From contig CAVVXH010000006.1 of assembly GCA_963752155.1 (NCBI GenBank), forward strand, positions 1-64,000: DNA of 64,000 bases. The letters are read 5' to 3'. Positions 48,617 through 58,621 of this stretch are shown in pieces (position 1 is the stretch's first letter; every line of letters begins with the position of its first letter). This stretch comes from an uncultured Parachlamydiaceae bacterium (GTDB taxonomy: Bacteria; Chlamydiota; Chlamydiia; Chlamydiales; Parachlamydiaceae). The notes under the pieces are model-generated. The model was not told the DNA's origin. It saw only the letters and a program-made list of their open reading frames with translations, and made no database searches. The translations under genes were made by a program, and so were the position numbers.

Positions 48617-50323
48617 TTGAGGAACAAAATGGAAGCATCCCGACCCTTGAAGGTTTCAGAGGTCCTCGATCAGCTAATTAATGAGATCTCTATACATAAA
48701 ACACTTGAAAATACTCTTTGGGAACGAATCAAAAAAATATTTCAAGAAGTTAACTTATCTAGCGACCGTTTTCCTAACCTTTTGGTTGAGCTAAATGAAC
48801 TAAAAGAGCAAATGGCTTTTAGAAATATAAGCAACTGCGAGCTCATTCGTTTTTTCTGCACTCAATTCATAAAGAAACAAAAAGCTTCTAGGTCATTGCT
48901 GAATCCTACAAAAAATAACTTCTGTTTTAAAGAAACTGAAGAACTTCGAACCCGTTCTCCCCTTCCCAAAGTGATTCTCGAATCTATTTTACAACTTTTA
49001 ATCAAAGACAGTCCTACTTGGGATACAGTTGGAATGTTTGCTCAAACCTGCAAATCGTTTTATTTTGCAGCCAAAAATCCTCGATTGATAAAGGAGTTTC
49101 TAACCTATGGCTCTTCTGAAATAACAGGTCTAAGTAACCGCTTAGCCATCTCTAAACTAAAAGAATTAATTCATTTTAAAGATATTTCATTCAATTTATA
49201 TAATCCTTCAAATTTAACTGAAGAAGATCACGACACATTATTTTCTTTCCCCAATTTTGATTCATTTGAAATCAGTGAATTTGAAAGTGATAAGATTTTG
49301 ATCACCGATAAAAATATTAAAAAATTAGCCCGAAGTTCATCCCATCTTCGAACTCTTATTATTCATGAAGCCGGTCACCTCACTAGCCATTCCCTTTTTG
49401 CTCTCGCTTCTCAATGCACAAATCTCCAATCCCTAAAAATTTTAAATTGTCAGAAGTCGAATATCAAAGTGTCTGCTCTGAATGCACTTATAGCATGTTG
49501 TGAAAAATTAACAAAAATAGGAATTTCATTTGCTGGAGATAACACTTTACGTCATAGATTTATTGCAAGCTCTTCTGATATAGAGGTAGTCAAAAAATTT
49601 GCTTGCCAACCTTTTGATCGATGGCTTGATTTTATAAATCAAAACGAACGAAAACTTTGTGAATTTGAAATAGAAAATATTTCAATAACGGATAGCTCTT
49701 TCTCAAAAGTTATCAATTTATCTCAAGAGAGTCTAGAAAAAATTGCATTAGCGAGATGTGATCATCTCAGCCTTGACAGTCTTTTTAGATTAGCCAAATG
49801 TAAAAATTTAAGACATTTTGAGCTATTAGACTCTAAAACACTATTAAAAAATGAAACTCTTCAATCGATTGCAAAAGAATGGTCCAATTTACAAATTTTT
49901 TCGCTCTACAACTGTTCAAAGCTCTCAACTCAGGGTGTTATAAAGTTAATCCAACAATGCCCAAAACTTGAGAGCTTAACGCTGGACTTACATCGAATAA
50001 ATGCAACTAACTTTCAAGCTCTTTTCTCTACATTAAAAACTTCCCCTTTAAAGAAAATGTGCTTTAACTCTTCCTGTACGCTAGATTTTAAAAATGGATC
50101 CGAAATAATTGATTTACTTTGTTCAAATCGGGATCGGCTCCCTTTACTCAACACCTTTCATCTTAAAGTAGAGGCCCTTAGTCTCTCCCTGGAAGATCTT
50201 AGTCGTCTAGCAGTCTCATTTCCAACACTTGAATTCTTATGGCCACTTAAAAAGCTACCATCCATTGAAGAACTGACACAATTCAATGATAAACATCCTG
50301 ATTTTATACTGATATGCATTTAA
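48617..50323 (+). CDS. F-box plus cysteine-containing (RNI/AMN1-like) LRR protein
   Basis: LPKVILESIL...FAQTCKSFY F-box-like segment; repeats such as LASQCTNLQSLKI and LIQQCPKLESLTL. Confidence 0.8.
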   Translation: MRNKMEASRPLKVSEVLDQLINEISIHKTLENTLWERIKKIFQEVNLSSDRFPNLLVELNELKEQMAFRNISNCELIRFFCTQFIKKQKASRSLLNPTKNNFCFKETEELRTRSPLPKVILESILQLLIKDSPTWDTVGMFAQTCKSFYFAAKNPRLIKEFLTYGSSEITGLSNRLAISKLKELIHFKDISFNLYNPSNLTEEDHDTLFSFPNFDSFEISEFESDKILITDKNIKKLARSSSHLRTLIIHEAGHLTSHSLFALASQCTNLQSLKILNCQKSNIKVSALNALIACCEKLTKIGISFAGDNTLRHRFIASSSDIEVVKKFACQPFDRWLDFINQNERKLCEFEIENISITDSSFSKVINLSQESLEKIALARCDHLSLDSLFRLAKCKNLRHFELLDSKTLLKNETLQSIAKEWSNLQIFSLYNCSKLSTQGVIKLIQQCPKLESLTLDLHRINATNFQALFSTLKTSPLKKMCFNSSCTLDFKNGSEIIDLLCSNRDRLPLLNTFHLKVEALSLSLEDLSRLAVSFPTLEFLWPLKKLPSIEELTQFNDKHPDFILICI

Positions 50324-50344
50324 AAATCGCTTTTTTAAGAAAAG

Positions 50345-50808
50345 TGCCTTGCCATTGGTGCCTGGCCTGGTGAGAAACAACGTTTTTGACCAAAACCTTT
50401 GTCATTTCTTCCCCTCATTTCCGATGGGATCCCAAATATGTGACTTCTAATTAAAATTTTTGGAGTGCGCGTGGCTTTGCCACCGCAGAGCGCAGCCTCT
50501 ATACGAGTCATGCCGGTAGACATTGCCTCCATTAATTCATACTATCGTTGTTATAATTTGAATTCTCCTTTGTTGTAGCAGTTTAGAAAACTTGCTTGAG
50601 TTCTATCGAGGCTACGTCTTCCGGCATGACTCGTATAGAGGCTGCGTTCTGCGGTGGCAAAGCCACGCGCACTCCAAAAATTTTTTGGATGTTATGATCA
50701 AAGATGCATACTTTAATTAGAAGTCACATATTTTGGATCTGGAAATGAGGGGAAGAAATGACAAAGGTTTTGGTCGAAAAACGTCGTTTCGTTTCTCCCC
50801 ATGCCTGT
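50345..50808. repeat. Family-B palindrome (50458-50679) nested in family-D inverted repeat, with family-A end fragments
   Basis: GACCAAAACCTTTGTCATTTCTTCCCCTCATTTCC...ATATGTGACTTCTAATTAA on the left and its inverse on the right. Confidence 0.88.
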
Positions 50809-50894
50809 GTTCATTTTTTAGTTTTTCGACTAAGGTTTTTACTCCGGCTAAAACAAAAGCTGAAAGATACATATCAGCAGATTCTTGAATCTGG

Positions 50895-51268
50895 CTCCTA
50901 AATAACAAGTTCGCGCCTTGCCATTGGTGCCTGACCTGATATTCTGACATTTGCCGATGCGATAACATTGCTTCCTAAAGGGCAAATGTCAGAATATCAG
51001 GTCTGGAACCAAGGCTGGAACGTTACCCCCAAGATTTACGCAACTGAAAAAAGCGTCGTTTTCAATTAATAACAAGATACTAAATTCTGAGAGGTAACGT
51101 TTAGCCTTGGTTCCAGACCTGACATTCTGACATTTGCCCTCCTGGGAGGTTACGTTATCATTGTAGGCAAATGTCAGAATATCAGGTCAGGCACCAATGG
51201 CAAGGCGCTTTAAAAATCTGTTATTTCCCGATAGGGGGGCGCCGCAGGCAACTGTCTCGCTTAGCGTG
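50895..51268. repeat. Twin family-A composite (about 370 bp), inverted copy of 19520-19891
   Basis: Hairpins at 50915-51015 and 51104-51206; spacer and flanks match the reverse complement of 19520-19891. Confidence 0.92.
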
Positions 51269-51304
51269 AAAATCAAAATAGGAGAATTAAACCATTTGAG
51301 TCTT

Positions 51305-51463
51305 CACATCCATTTTTGATAGCGATTATTTAACGTTTCAGCTGTTTTGTAAACAGCCCTATCAACCATTTTTGTCTTTTACTACGATTATCACATCCTC
51401 CTAAAATAACATATAAGGAAGACATTAAAAATAAGAGCCCAAAACCTATCATTTTTTTCATTG
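51305..51463 (-). pseudogene. Truncated third copy of the immunity lipoprotein gene
   Basis: MKKMIGFGLLFLMSSLYVILGGCDNRSKKTKMVDRAVYKTAETLNNRYQKWM*. Confidence 0.8.
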
Positions 51464-51526
51464 TTCTGTTCCACATTTTTTGGGAATAAGGTTAAAATTA
51501 TTACCAAAAAGGTTTAGTTTGTTGCG

Positions 51527-52078
51527 TTATTCCTTATTTAGCTCTCGTGATTGTACAATTTTCAAAGCATCTTCATAGCTTTCTTCTTCAGTATAAAATT
51601 TATATTCTAAACGCATTTCCGGAGAAGTTGTAGAATAGCTAAGAAGTCCTCTTTGAAGCGATAAAACACAAAAATCCGGATGATAAGGAATTCTTCCGTC
51701 TGGGTGGCGAACATAGATGGTTATTTCAATATTTTTCACGGTAAAAGGGGAGGGTTTTAAGTAAGGGAGTAATTGAGGATTGGAATTTATTTCTTTTAAC
51801 AGTTCTTCAGCGCAATTAACTATTATTTCTCGACCTTCTTCTTTACTAATGATTCGAAATAATTCAAAATGCAATCCTACTTCTTTATAATAATTTTCGC
51901 CTCCGGCTTCAGAAATGCCAACATAACGTATTTGAAAGCGATTATTTAATGTTTCAGCTGTTTTGTAAACAGCCCTATGAACCATTTTTGCCTTTTCGCT
52001 ACGTTTATCACATCCTCCTAAAGCAATAAATAAGAAAAACATTAAAAACAATAATCCAAAACCTATCATTTTTTTCAT
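51527..52078 (-). CDS. Putative immunity lipoprotein, copy 2
   Basis: MKKMIGFGLLFLMFFLFIALGG-C lipobox; near-duplicate of copy 1. Confidence 0.8.
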   Translation of the reverse strand: MKKMIGFGLLFLMFFLFIALGGCDKRSEKAKMVHRAVYKTAETLNNRFQIRYVGISEAGGENYYKEVGLHFELFRIISKEEGREIIVNCAEELLKEINSNPQLLPYLKPSPFTVKNIEITIYVRHPDGRIPYHPDFCVLSLQRGLLSYSTTSPEMRLEYKFYTEEESYEDALKIVQSRELNKE

Positions 52079-52174
52079 TGTGCTGTTCCACATTTTTAGG
52101 GAATAAGGTTAAAATTTTTCCAAAAAGGCCTGATTAGTTGCCTCATTCCTTATTAAGCTGCGATTGTACAATTT

Positions 52175-52693
52175 TCAAAGCATCTTCATAGTTTTCTTTT
52201 CTTCAGTATAAAATCCAGGTTTATAAAGCATTTCCGGTGCATCAGTAGAATATCTAATGATTCCACCTCTAAGCGATAAAATTCCAAGATCCGGATGGTA
52301 AACAATTTTTCCGTTTGGGTGGCGAACATAGATGGCTATTTCAATATTTTTCACGGTAAAAGGGGAGGGTTTTAAGTAAGGAAGTAATTGCGGATTGGAA
52401 TTTATTTCATTTAACAATTCTTCAGCGCAATCAACTATTATTTCTCGACCTTCTTCTATACTCGTAATTCGATGTAGTTCAAAAAACATTCCTACTTCTT
52501 TATAATAATTTTCGTCTGCGGCTTCAGAAATGCCGATATAACGTATTTGAAAGCGATTATTTAATGTTTCAGCTGTTTTGTAAACAGCCCTATGAACCAT
52601 TTTTGCCTTTTCGCTACGTTTATCACATCCTCCTAAAGCAATAAATAAGAAAAACATTAAAAACAATAATCCAAAACCTATCATTTTTTTCAT
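52175..52693 (-). CDS. Putative cognate immunity lipoprotein, copy 1 (possible 3' frameshift)
   Basis: ATGA overlap with the toxin stop; LGGC lipobox. Confidence 0.8.
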   Translation of the reverse strand: MKKMIGFGLLFLMFFLFIALGGCDKRSEKAKMVHRAVYKTAETLNNRFQIRYIGISEAADENYYKEVGMFFELHRITSIEEGREIIVDCAEELLNEINSNPQLLPYLKPSPFTVKNIEIAIYVRHPNGKIVYHPDLGILSLRGGIIRYSTDAPEMLYKPGFYTEEKKTMKML

Positions 52694-53706
52694 TGTGCTG
52701 CCCCATAAGTTTGGAAAAAAGCTTCTAAGCTGTCTTTTACTGGCTGTTTGTATGTTGGGCTATCGTTAAAGTGATCAAACCAGGAGGCGTTTTCGTGAGG
52801 AGATAACATTACCACAGGGGCTCGATTCTCGATGGCAGCGAAATCCAATGTCGCTATTTTTAAAAATTTATCGAATAAGGGAACAAAATCACGGTAGCTT
52901 TCATAATGGATAGCTTTTCCAAAATCAGTTTCTTGGACGTGAGCTCCGGGTGCAACTGCAATCACATCGATCTTTTCCATCAATTCTTTGTCGTAAGAAG
53001 GAATAGTGTTCCTGGTATGAATCATTCCCTGGCTATGCCCTAAATGTAAAATGCGACGATCATTTTTTGCAAAACATTCATTCCAGTTCTCTTTTAATAA
53101 CTTGGAAGGAGTTGTCTCTACTCCTAAAAGATTAAGAGCGCATTCTACTACATCAAAGCCAATGCCATAGCTTGCATTATGTACTCCTATTACTTCACGT
53201 CCCCCAGCCATATCTGAATACATTTCTGCCGCGGCCATAGAATCTTTCTTGGAGTTTCCAACTCCATTAATAAATGTCATGCTTAGGCCATCATTTCGGG
53301 GAGAGCCTATTTTGTATTTCGTTGAGTAATAAAAATAGTTGGGCGCTTCAAATGCATCCCATTCGACTCCTCCGTATTCCATAATGTTACTTGTTAAAAT
53401 GCTATTGGCTATATTTTCGTAGTTGTCTCCTATGAGTTCAGACAGCCATCTCCCATCTGGATCAAGGTACTTCATGGGCCTATTTTGGACAAAAGAGTAG
53501 ACATTTGGTCCATCGATGAATCTAAGTGGATCTGGAGTAATCCATTTACCAATCTCAGGGTCATAATATCTTCTGCCAAAAAATACTAATCCAGTTTCAG
53601 GATCAATTCTTTTGCTGCTAAATCCCCAGTGACAAAATGCTGTATTACGCTTGTTGCCAAAGTTATCGAAAATTTGCTTTTCTTCATATGCTGTATACCG
53701 ATAGCA
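52690..53706 (-). pseudogene. Orphan Rhs core plus alpha/beta-hydrolase (GHSQG) toxin tip
   Basis: In frame upstream of ORF 53475: YRYTAY...WGFSSKRIDPETGLVFFGRRYYDPEIGKWITPDP...NRPMKYLDPDG; tip FINGVGN, GHSQG, RDFVP, DH. Confidence 0.85.
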
Positions 53707-53757
53707 TAGAAGATGGACTCTAGTTGAAAGCGTTTTTTCTCACAAGAAATTTTAAAA

Positions 53758-54150
53758 ATATTCTGACATTTGCCTTTTAGGAAGCAATGTTATCGCTTCG
53801 GCAAATGTCAGAATATCAGGTCAGGCATGGGGAGAAAACGAAACGACGTTTTGCGACCATTTCTTCCCCCATTTCCGGATCCAAAATATGTGACTTCTAA
53901 TTAAAATTTTTGGAGTGCGCGTGGCTTTGCCACCGCAGAACGCAGCCTCTATACGAGTCATGCCGGTAGACATTGCCTCCATTAACTCATACTATCGTTG
54001 TTACAATTTGAATTCTCCTTTGTTGTAGCGGTTTAGAAAACTTGCTTGAGTTCTATCGAGGCTACGTCTGCCGGCATAACTCGTATAGAGGCTCCGTTCT
54101 GCGGTGGCAAAGCCACACGCACTCCAAAAATTTTTTTGATGTTATGATCA
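53758..54150. repeat. Partial family A, family D arm and family B (53908-54129) composite
   Basis: Same modules and junction (GTCAGGCA|TGGGGAGAAA) as the inverse of the 50790-50808 end. Confidence 0.88.
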
Positions 54151-54265
54151 GAAGTTAGCTGGAAAATAAAAATAATGGATACGACAAGAACATATATATA
54201 GAAAAAATAGAGCCTATCGCTTAAAGTCTGTACTTCTAAGACCCAGAACAAAGGCGATAGACTCT

Positions 54266-54530
54266 ATGGAATCAATATCTACAATTTCATCTGAAAAAGC
54301 AACTTCAAAATGCAAGAAGCTTCATCGATCTCGCACAGGTATCTCTGAAAAAATTGTGGCTTTCGATGTATTTGCAAACTTGCAGCATACCACAAGATCT
54401 GCTAGAGAGATTTCCTCTCTTCTTAAAATTCCCAATTCAACCATGCGATCTTAGAAAGAAACTCAGAGTTTATCCGAGTCCCCTCAAGAATTGAGTGACT
54501 TTAGTTTAACTCCAACTGGAGCTGAATTTC
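54266..54530 (+). pseudogene. Transposase N-terminal remnant (HTH; DUF6399-like, from recollection)
   Basis: SAREISSLLKIPNSTMRS*...DFSLTPTGAEFL with in-frame stop; upstream hairpin 54209-54265; cut off by palindrome H. Confidence 0.5.
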
Positions 54531-54621
54531 TGGCTATGTTCGATTTTGCACAGTGTAGATTTTTAGCCACCGGAGACCGGAGGTGGCCGAAAATCTACAA
54601 TGTGCAAATCGAACATAGCCA
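54531..54621. repeat. Palindromic element family H
   Basis: TGGCTATGTTCGATTTTGCACAGTGTAGATTTTTAGCCACC pairs with GGTGGCCGAAAATCTACAATGTGCAAATCGAACATAGCCA. Confidence 0.9.
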
Positions 54622-54622
54622 T

Positions 54623-56014
54623 TTATTTTTTCAAGACAGGTAGGTTCCCCTCTCTAGAAATATAATCATTTAAAGCATTTATCATCCCTGCAATCGCATT
54701 ATCAATACGAATTGGAAGATCTGAGTCTTCATACGAATACCTTACTACCAAAGTTGTCTCAGTAGTAGGAATGATATTTTTGGTAAAAGTTCGATTCCCA
54801 CTTTTTAAGAATTCTTCTAAGGAAATAAGCGTATTATAGATTTTTTCGAGAACGATTTGAAATCCTTCATTGATAAATCTTTCATCAATAACTGTTTTAT
54901 TTAAACAAAAAAATAAACAGTCTCTATCGTGAGTTTCAGAGATATTATCGATCAAATTAATATATTCTGGAACTCGATCGGTCGTGTTTAAAACTTCATT
55001 TAACGAAACCGAAGCTCCTGATGTCCAAGCAAAATACAATTTAAGTGGAACATTTTTAGGATTTAAAATCCGTACTCGATTATTACTTGTCTTCATCGAT
55101 TCCGAGATAAGTTGTATCTGTGGAGAAAGTGAAATATGAGCTTCCTCATAATATTTCGGGAAACTACTTTCTGAAGATTGATAAACCTTCATTGCACTGA
55201 CTTCATCATGTATCTTATAACCTGCATTTCGTATTCCTTCTGAATAATACTTCACGCCTTCAAATACAAGTCTAATTAGATATATTCTTTTTTGCATGTG
55301 CCGTTTGGCTACATCATAAGCATCAAACCTACTACTTACATATAAAAATTCAGCTAATCCTGTAACATCATTAGCAAACCTTTCATCATTCCTGAGAAGG
55401 TGTTTAGGTATCAATTGAATCATTTCAACCGGCAACCCAACGATTTCTTTTTGTTTAGGCACAGGATGAAATTTAACCATCTCCTCAACTATCTTTAGAG
55501 TTGAATAAACTGTGTTTTCAAATTCAGATTTTGCATTTTCAAGATTCCCGTCTTTCACGATAATGAAAGGCTTTCCCCTCACTTTTCGATTTTGAGTATG
55601 TGGCAGAGGTTGATTCTTTTCTAAATTAGAAATATTTTCAACAATAGAAGGTAAATTCTTTTCTAATTTTTGAAATTCTGTAAGAACTTGTACAGAAACT
55701 TTCAATACTTTTTCAATTGATTTTTCTACACCCTTGCGTTTACTCATCAATACTTTAAGCACTTGCGGATTTCTCTCGTTTTCATTAATTTCAACATCTA
55801 ATTGACAACTTCTAGAGACGATCTCTTCCATTTCCGTATGGAAAGACTGGAAAATTGCCTTTGTTCTAGCTTCTGAATCACTCAAATTTTGATAACGAGA
55901 AGGAAAATTCTCTTTAATTTTGGATAATTCCGAAAGATTACTTTCGAGCTTATTAAAAGCTCTAGCAAATGCATCAGACCCTACCGAAGCATTTGATAAT
56001 GGTTGGAAATTCAT
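54623..56014 (-). CDS. Hypothetical coiled-coil protein (candidate effector)
   Basis: 463-aa ORF with AAGGT RBS; no motif recognised. Confidence 0.7.
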   Translation of the reverse strand: MNFQPLSNASVGSDAFARAFNKLESNLSELSKIKENFPSRYQNLSDSEARTKAIFQSFHTEMEEIVSRSCQLDVEINENERNPQVLKVLMSKRKGVEKSIEKVLKVSVQVLTEFQKLEKNLPSIVENISNLEKNQPLPHTQNRKVRGKPFIIVKDGNLENAKSEFENTVYSTLKIVEEMVKFHPVPKQKEIVGLPVEMIQLIPKHLLRNDERFANDVTGLAEFLYVSSRFDAYDVAKRHMQKRIYLIRLVFEGVKYYSEGIRNAGYKIHDEVSAMKVYQSSESSFPKYYEEAHISLSPQIQLISESMKTSNNRVRILNPKNVPLKLYFAWTSGASVSLNEVLNTTDRVPEYINLIDNISETHDRDCLFFCLNKTVIDERFINEGFQIVLEKIYNTLISLEEFLKSGNRTFTKNIIPTTETTLVVRYSYEDSDLPIRIDNAIAGMINALNDYISREGNLPVLKK

Positions 56015-56474
56015 ACTCTATACCTTATTTAGAGAAACTTAATACAAATAAAAACGAGAGGTCTCGCCTTCTTTTTAAACCATTGTTTAACAATCTAAAA
56101 TGATTTTCATTCAATATGAATGTAAAGGAACAAAGGGTGGGAAGAACAGAAAGCTACAAGATCCCATCACCAATTCATTTTGCTCCATGCCCTCAATAGA
56201 GGGCGTGGCCAAGTGATATAGGAGATGACACAATCAGGGGTGAGGTAGGTGTAGAGGTGACTTTTCATAGCTGATTGCAATCCTGTGAATTGAACGTTTT
56301 GCTTAAGTTTTCTGAAGCTAATTTCTTTATACTTTATCAAGAAATTTCAAAGCAATATTTTTTAACGAAAAGCGAGACAATTTCCTGCGCGCGCGCCCTA
56401 TCTGGAATAACATGTTGTTTAATAGGAGTGAAGTGAAAGATGCTGCGATATTAGTGTATAAAGTATAGGAAAAA

Positions 56475-56603
56475 TTAAACACGAAGGCACAAAGAGCACA
56501 AAGGGGTCTTACAGGTAAAGTATAAAAATTACCTATTTTTTCTTTAAACTGAAGAGCTTTCGTGTAAAATCTGTTTGTGCTCTTTGTGCCTTCTTGCCTT
56601 AAA
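56475..56603. repeat. Family-F-like inverted repeat
   Basis: ACGAAGGCACAAAGAGCACAAA pairs with TTTGTGCTCTTTGTGCCTTCTTG. Confidence 0.8.
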
Positions 56604-56662
56604 ATTAAATATATGGTAAATAAATAAAAGAGATCCACTTACAAATAAAGAGCAATTTAAAG

Positions 56663-58009
56663 ATGGAAAAAGATCAAAGCAATGGAAATGGCAAATCTGG
56701 AATTGTGACAATGTTCCGCCAATCCATTGCTCCATATAGCAAAAAACTCGTAGCCCTTCACCCCCATCTCTATGGAAGCCTTTACCGTAGAGCTTCGGAA
56801 ATTCAAGCTCTCGACAAAATCTTAATTCAACTGAATACCGTCAGAGAAGAAGCCAAACATCATCGATATGATCACCTTCTACCCATTTTAGAAGCCATTA
56901 AAGATGCCCTCCATGGGCAACCAGAACTCTCTTGGTGGACACATTTTACCACTTCTGTAGGATACGCATTTGGAACAACCAACAATCAAACAAAAAATAC
57001 TGAAGAGATAAAGTATCTCACAGCCATTTCTTCTATTCTTACAGAAATCATCCGCGAGTATCATTCTTCTAATACTAAACTGCTTTTAGATGTCCGCTTA
57101 ACTGCCTTGGAAGTCGATGCACGCCTCGTAGAACTTGATAAAATACCTGAAGGAGTTCAAGAAGTTAACGAAACATTCGACTACCTAACTTCAGAATTTC
57201 AATTACTGATACAAGAATTAGAAAATATTGTTCAATTACCAAAAGATAGTTGGATTCACAACAGCAAATCACTTCTTCATTCCATCGAAAAGACCAACAA
57301 TTTGATGAACATTGTCGTCAATATCGAACAAACGGATCTTGCTACATTTCAAACATTTGAACAAAGTGGATATATTCAGAAACTAGAAAAGGGGATTGGG
57401 GACATCTTAAAGGAATACATATTAATCGATGACCCCGCTGAAATGGCTTTTTGGCAAACTCCTCAACTAAATACTTTTTTCACTTTATTCAATTATTTTC
57501 CTAATTTAATTTTCTCGCTTCGCACAAAAGAACTTTGCACCTTCCTTCAACAAACCGAACGTCTTTTCATCAGTGACACAACTCTAGATAAAAAACGCCC
57601 TAACATTTTTCAATCAGCTCCCCTTAAGGACTTTGTCAATATTTGCGCAGAGACCTGCCAACAGCGTTTTGAGACATTGCGCGCTATCAGCAAAGGATTA
57701 AAAATAGATAGATCCATTTCAAATGACCTCCGGTCTCATTTAAAACAACATTTCATGATGGAAAATGATTTGCATCATATTTGCGCCTTAGTTCTCACTA
57801 AACCAATGGACCCAGTAAAATGCGACTCAGTTCAAATTCAAAAAGAAATTGTTCAACGAATGGTTGCCTTATCTAACGCTTCGCAGCCTAAAGATCTCGA
57901 TGTTCTTCTTAAAAGTTTTTCTGACCATGAAAAAGAAAATCGTTATTTCCTCATTCAAGAAATAATTCTCGAACAATTTATCCGCTGGCGCAAAATAGGC
58001 ATTTATTAG
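56663..58009 (+). CDS. Hypothetical helical protein
   Basis: 448-aa uninterrupted ORF. Confidence 0.7.
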   Translation: MEKDQSNGNGKSGIVTMFRQSIAPYSKKLVALHPHLYGSLYRRASEIQALDKILIQLNTVREEAKHHRYDHLLPILEAIKDALHGQPELSWWTHFTTSVGYAFGTTNNQTKNTEEIKYLTAISSILTEIIREYHSSNTKLLLDVRLTALEVDARLVELDKIPEGVQEVNETFDYLTSEFQLLIQELENIVQLPKDSWIHNSKSLLHSIEKTNNLMNIVVNIEQTDLATFQTFEQSGYIQKLEKGIGDILKEYILIDDPAEMAFWQTPQLNTFFTLFNYFPNLIFSLRTKELCTFLQQTERLFISDTTLDKKRPNIFQSAPLKDFVNICAETCQQRFETLRAISKGLKIDRSISNDLRSHLKQHFMMENDLHHICALVLTKPMDPVKCDSVQIQKEIVQRMVALSNASQPKDLDVLLKSFSDHEKENRYFLIQEIILEQFIRWRKIGIY

Positions 58010-58016
58010 AATTTCT

Positions 58017-58172
58017 CAGTAATTCCCGCTAATAAATGGAAGCCGGCTGAGCGAGGGCTGTCAGCAGGGTCAGTTTGCGACGAATTCGTAGCCTTAGCTA
58101 CGGATGAGGAGCAAAATGACCCTGATGGCTGCCCGCAGCCAGCCCGCTTCCTTTTATTAGCGGGAATTGCTG
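58017..58172. mobile_element. MITE family C (156 bp) with GC-rich hairpin cargo
   Basis: Ends CAGTAATTCCCGCTAA and TTAGCGGGAATTGCTG; flanks AGAATTTCT and AGAATTGCT (8/9 target duplication). Confidence 0.82.
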
Positions 58173-58216
58173 AGAATTGCTTAAGTCTGCTATATTTGTA
58201 CCAACCCAGGGATTAT

Positions 58217-58621
58217 ATGGCAAAAAAACGCACGGCTCGGCTGAATTCATTACTCAAAGAAGTTATTTCAGATGTTATCCGCAAGGATGCTCGCAACCCG
58301 CACATCAATTCGTTAATGACTATTACTCATGTCGAAATCACTTCAGACTTGCATTATGCAAAAGTATTCGTAAGCGTCATTGGCACAGAGGCCCAAAAAC
58401 TGGAAACTCTGGATGCTTTAAATAGTGCAGCTGGATTCATCGCTGTCAATGCCTCAAAACAAGTTGTGATGAGATACTTTCCTCAGTTAACTTTCAAACT
58501 CGATGACAGCATCGATAAACAAATGCGCGTCGAAATGCTCCTTCAAGAGATCGGAAAAGAGCAGCAATCGCGTCCTCATCCTGTCGATGAAAGTGTTGAA
58601 GAGGATATCCCCAATGAATAG
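58217..58621 (+). CDS. rbfA: Ribosome-binding factor A
   Basis: RTARLNSLLKEVIS, ITHVEITSDLHYAKVFVS, MRYFPQLTFKLDDS. Confidence 0.96.
   Translation: MAKKRTARLNSLLKEVISDVIRKDARNPHINSLMTITHVEITSDLHYAKVFVSVIGTEAQKLETLDALNSAAGFIAVNASKQVVMRYFPQLTFKLDDSIDKQMRVEMLLQEIGKEQQSRPHPVDESVEEDIPNE

Noticed and set aside
51305..52693. Diversity-generating retroelement (template/variable repeat) explanation for the immunity duplicates
   Set aside because: Whole genes are duplicated, differences include indels and did not look adenine-restricted on inspection, and no reverse transcriptase is in the window
56150..56320. Possible ncRNA upstream of the 54623-56014 gene
   Set aside because: Only a short hairpin (CCATGCCCTC/GAGGGCGTGG); no recognisable family features
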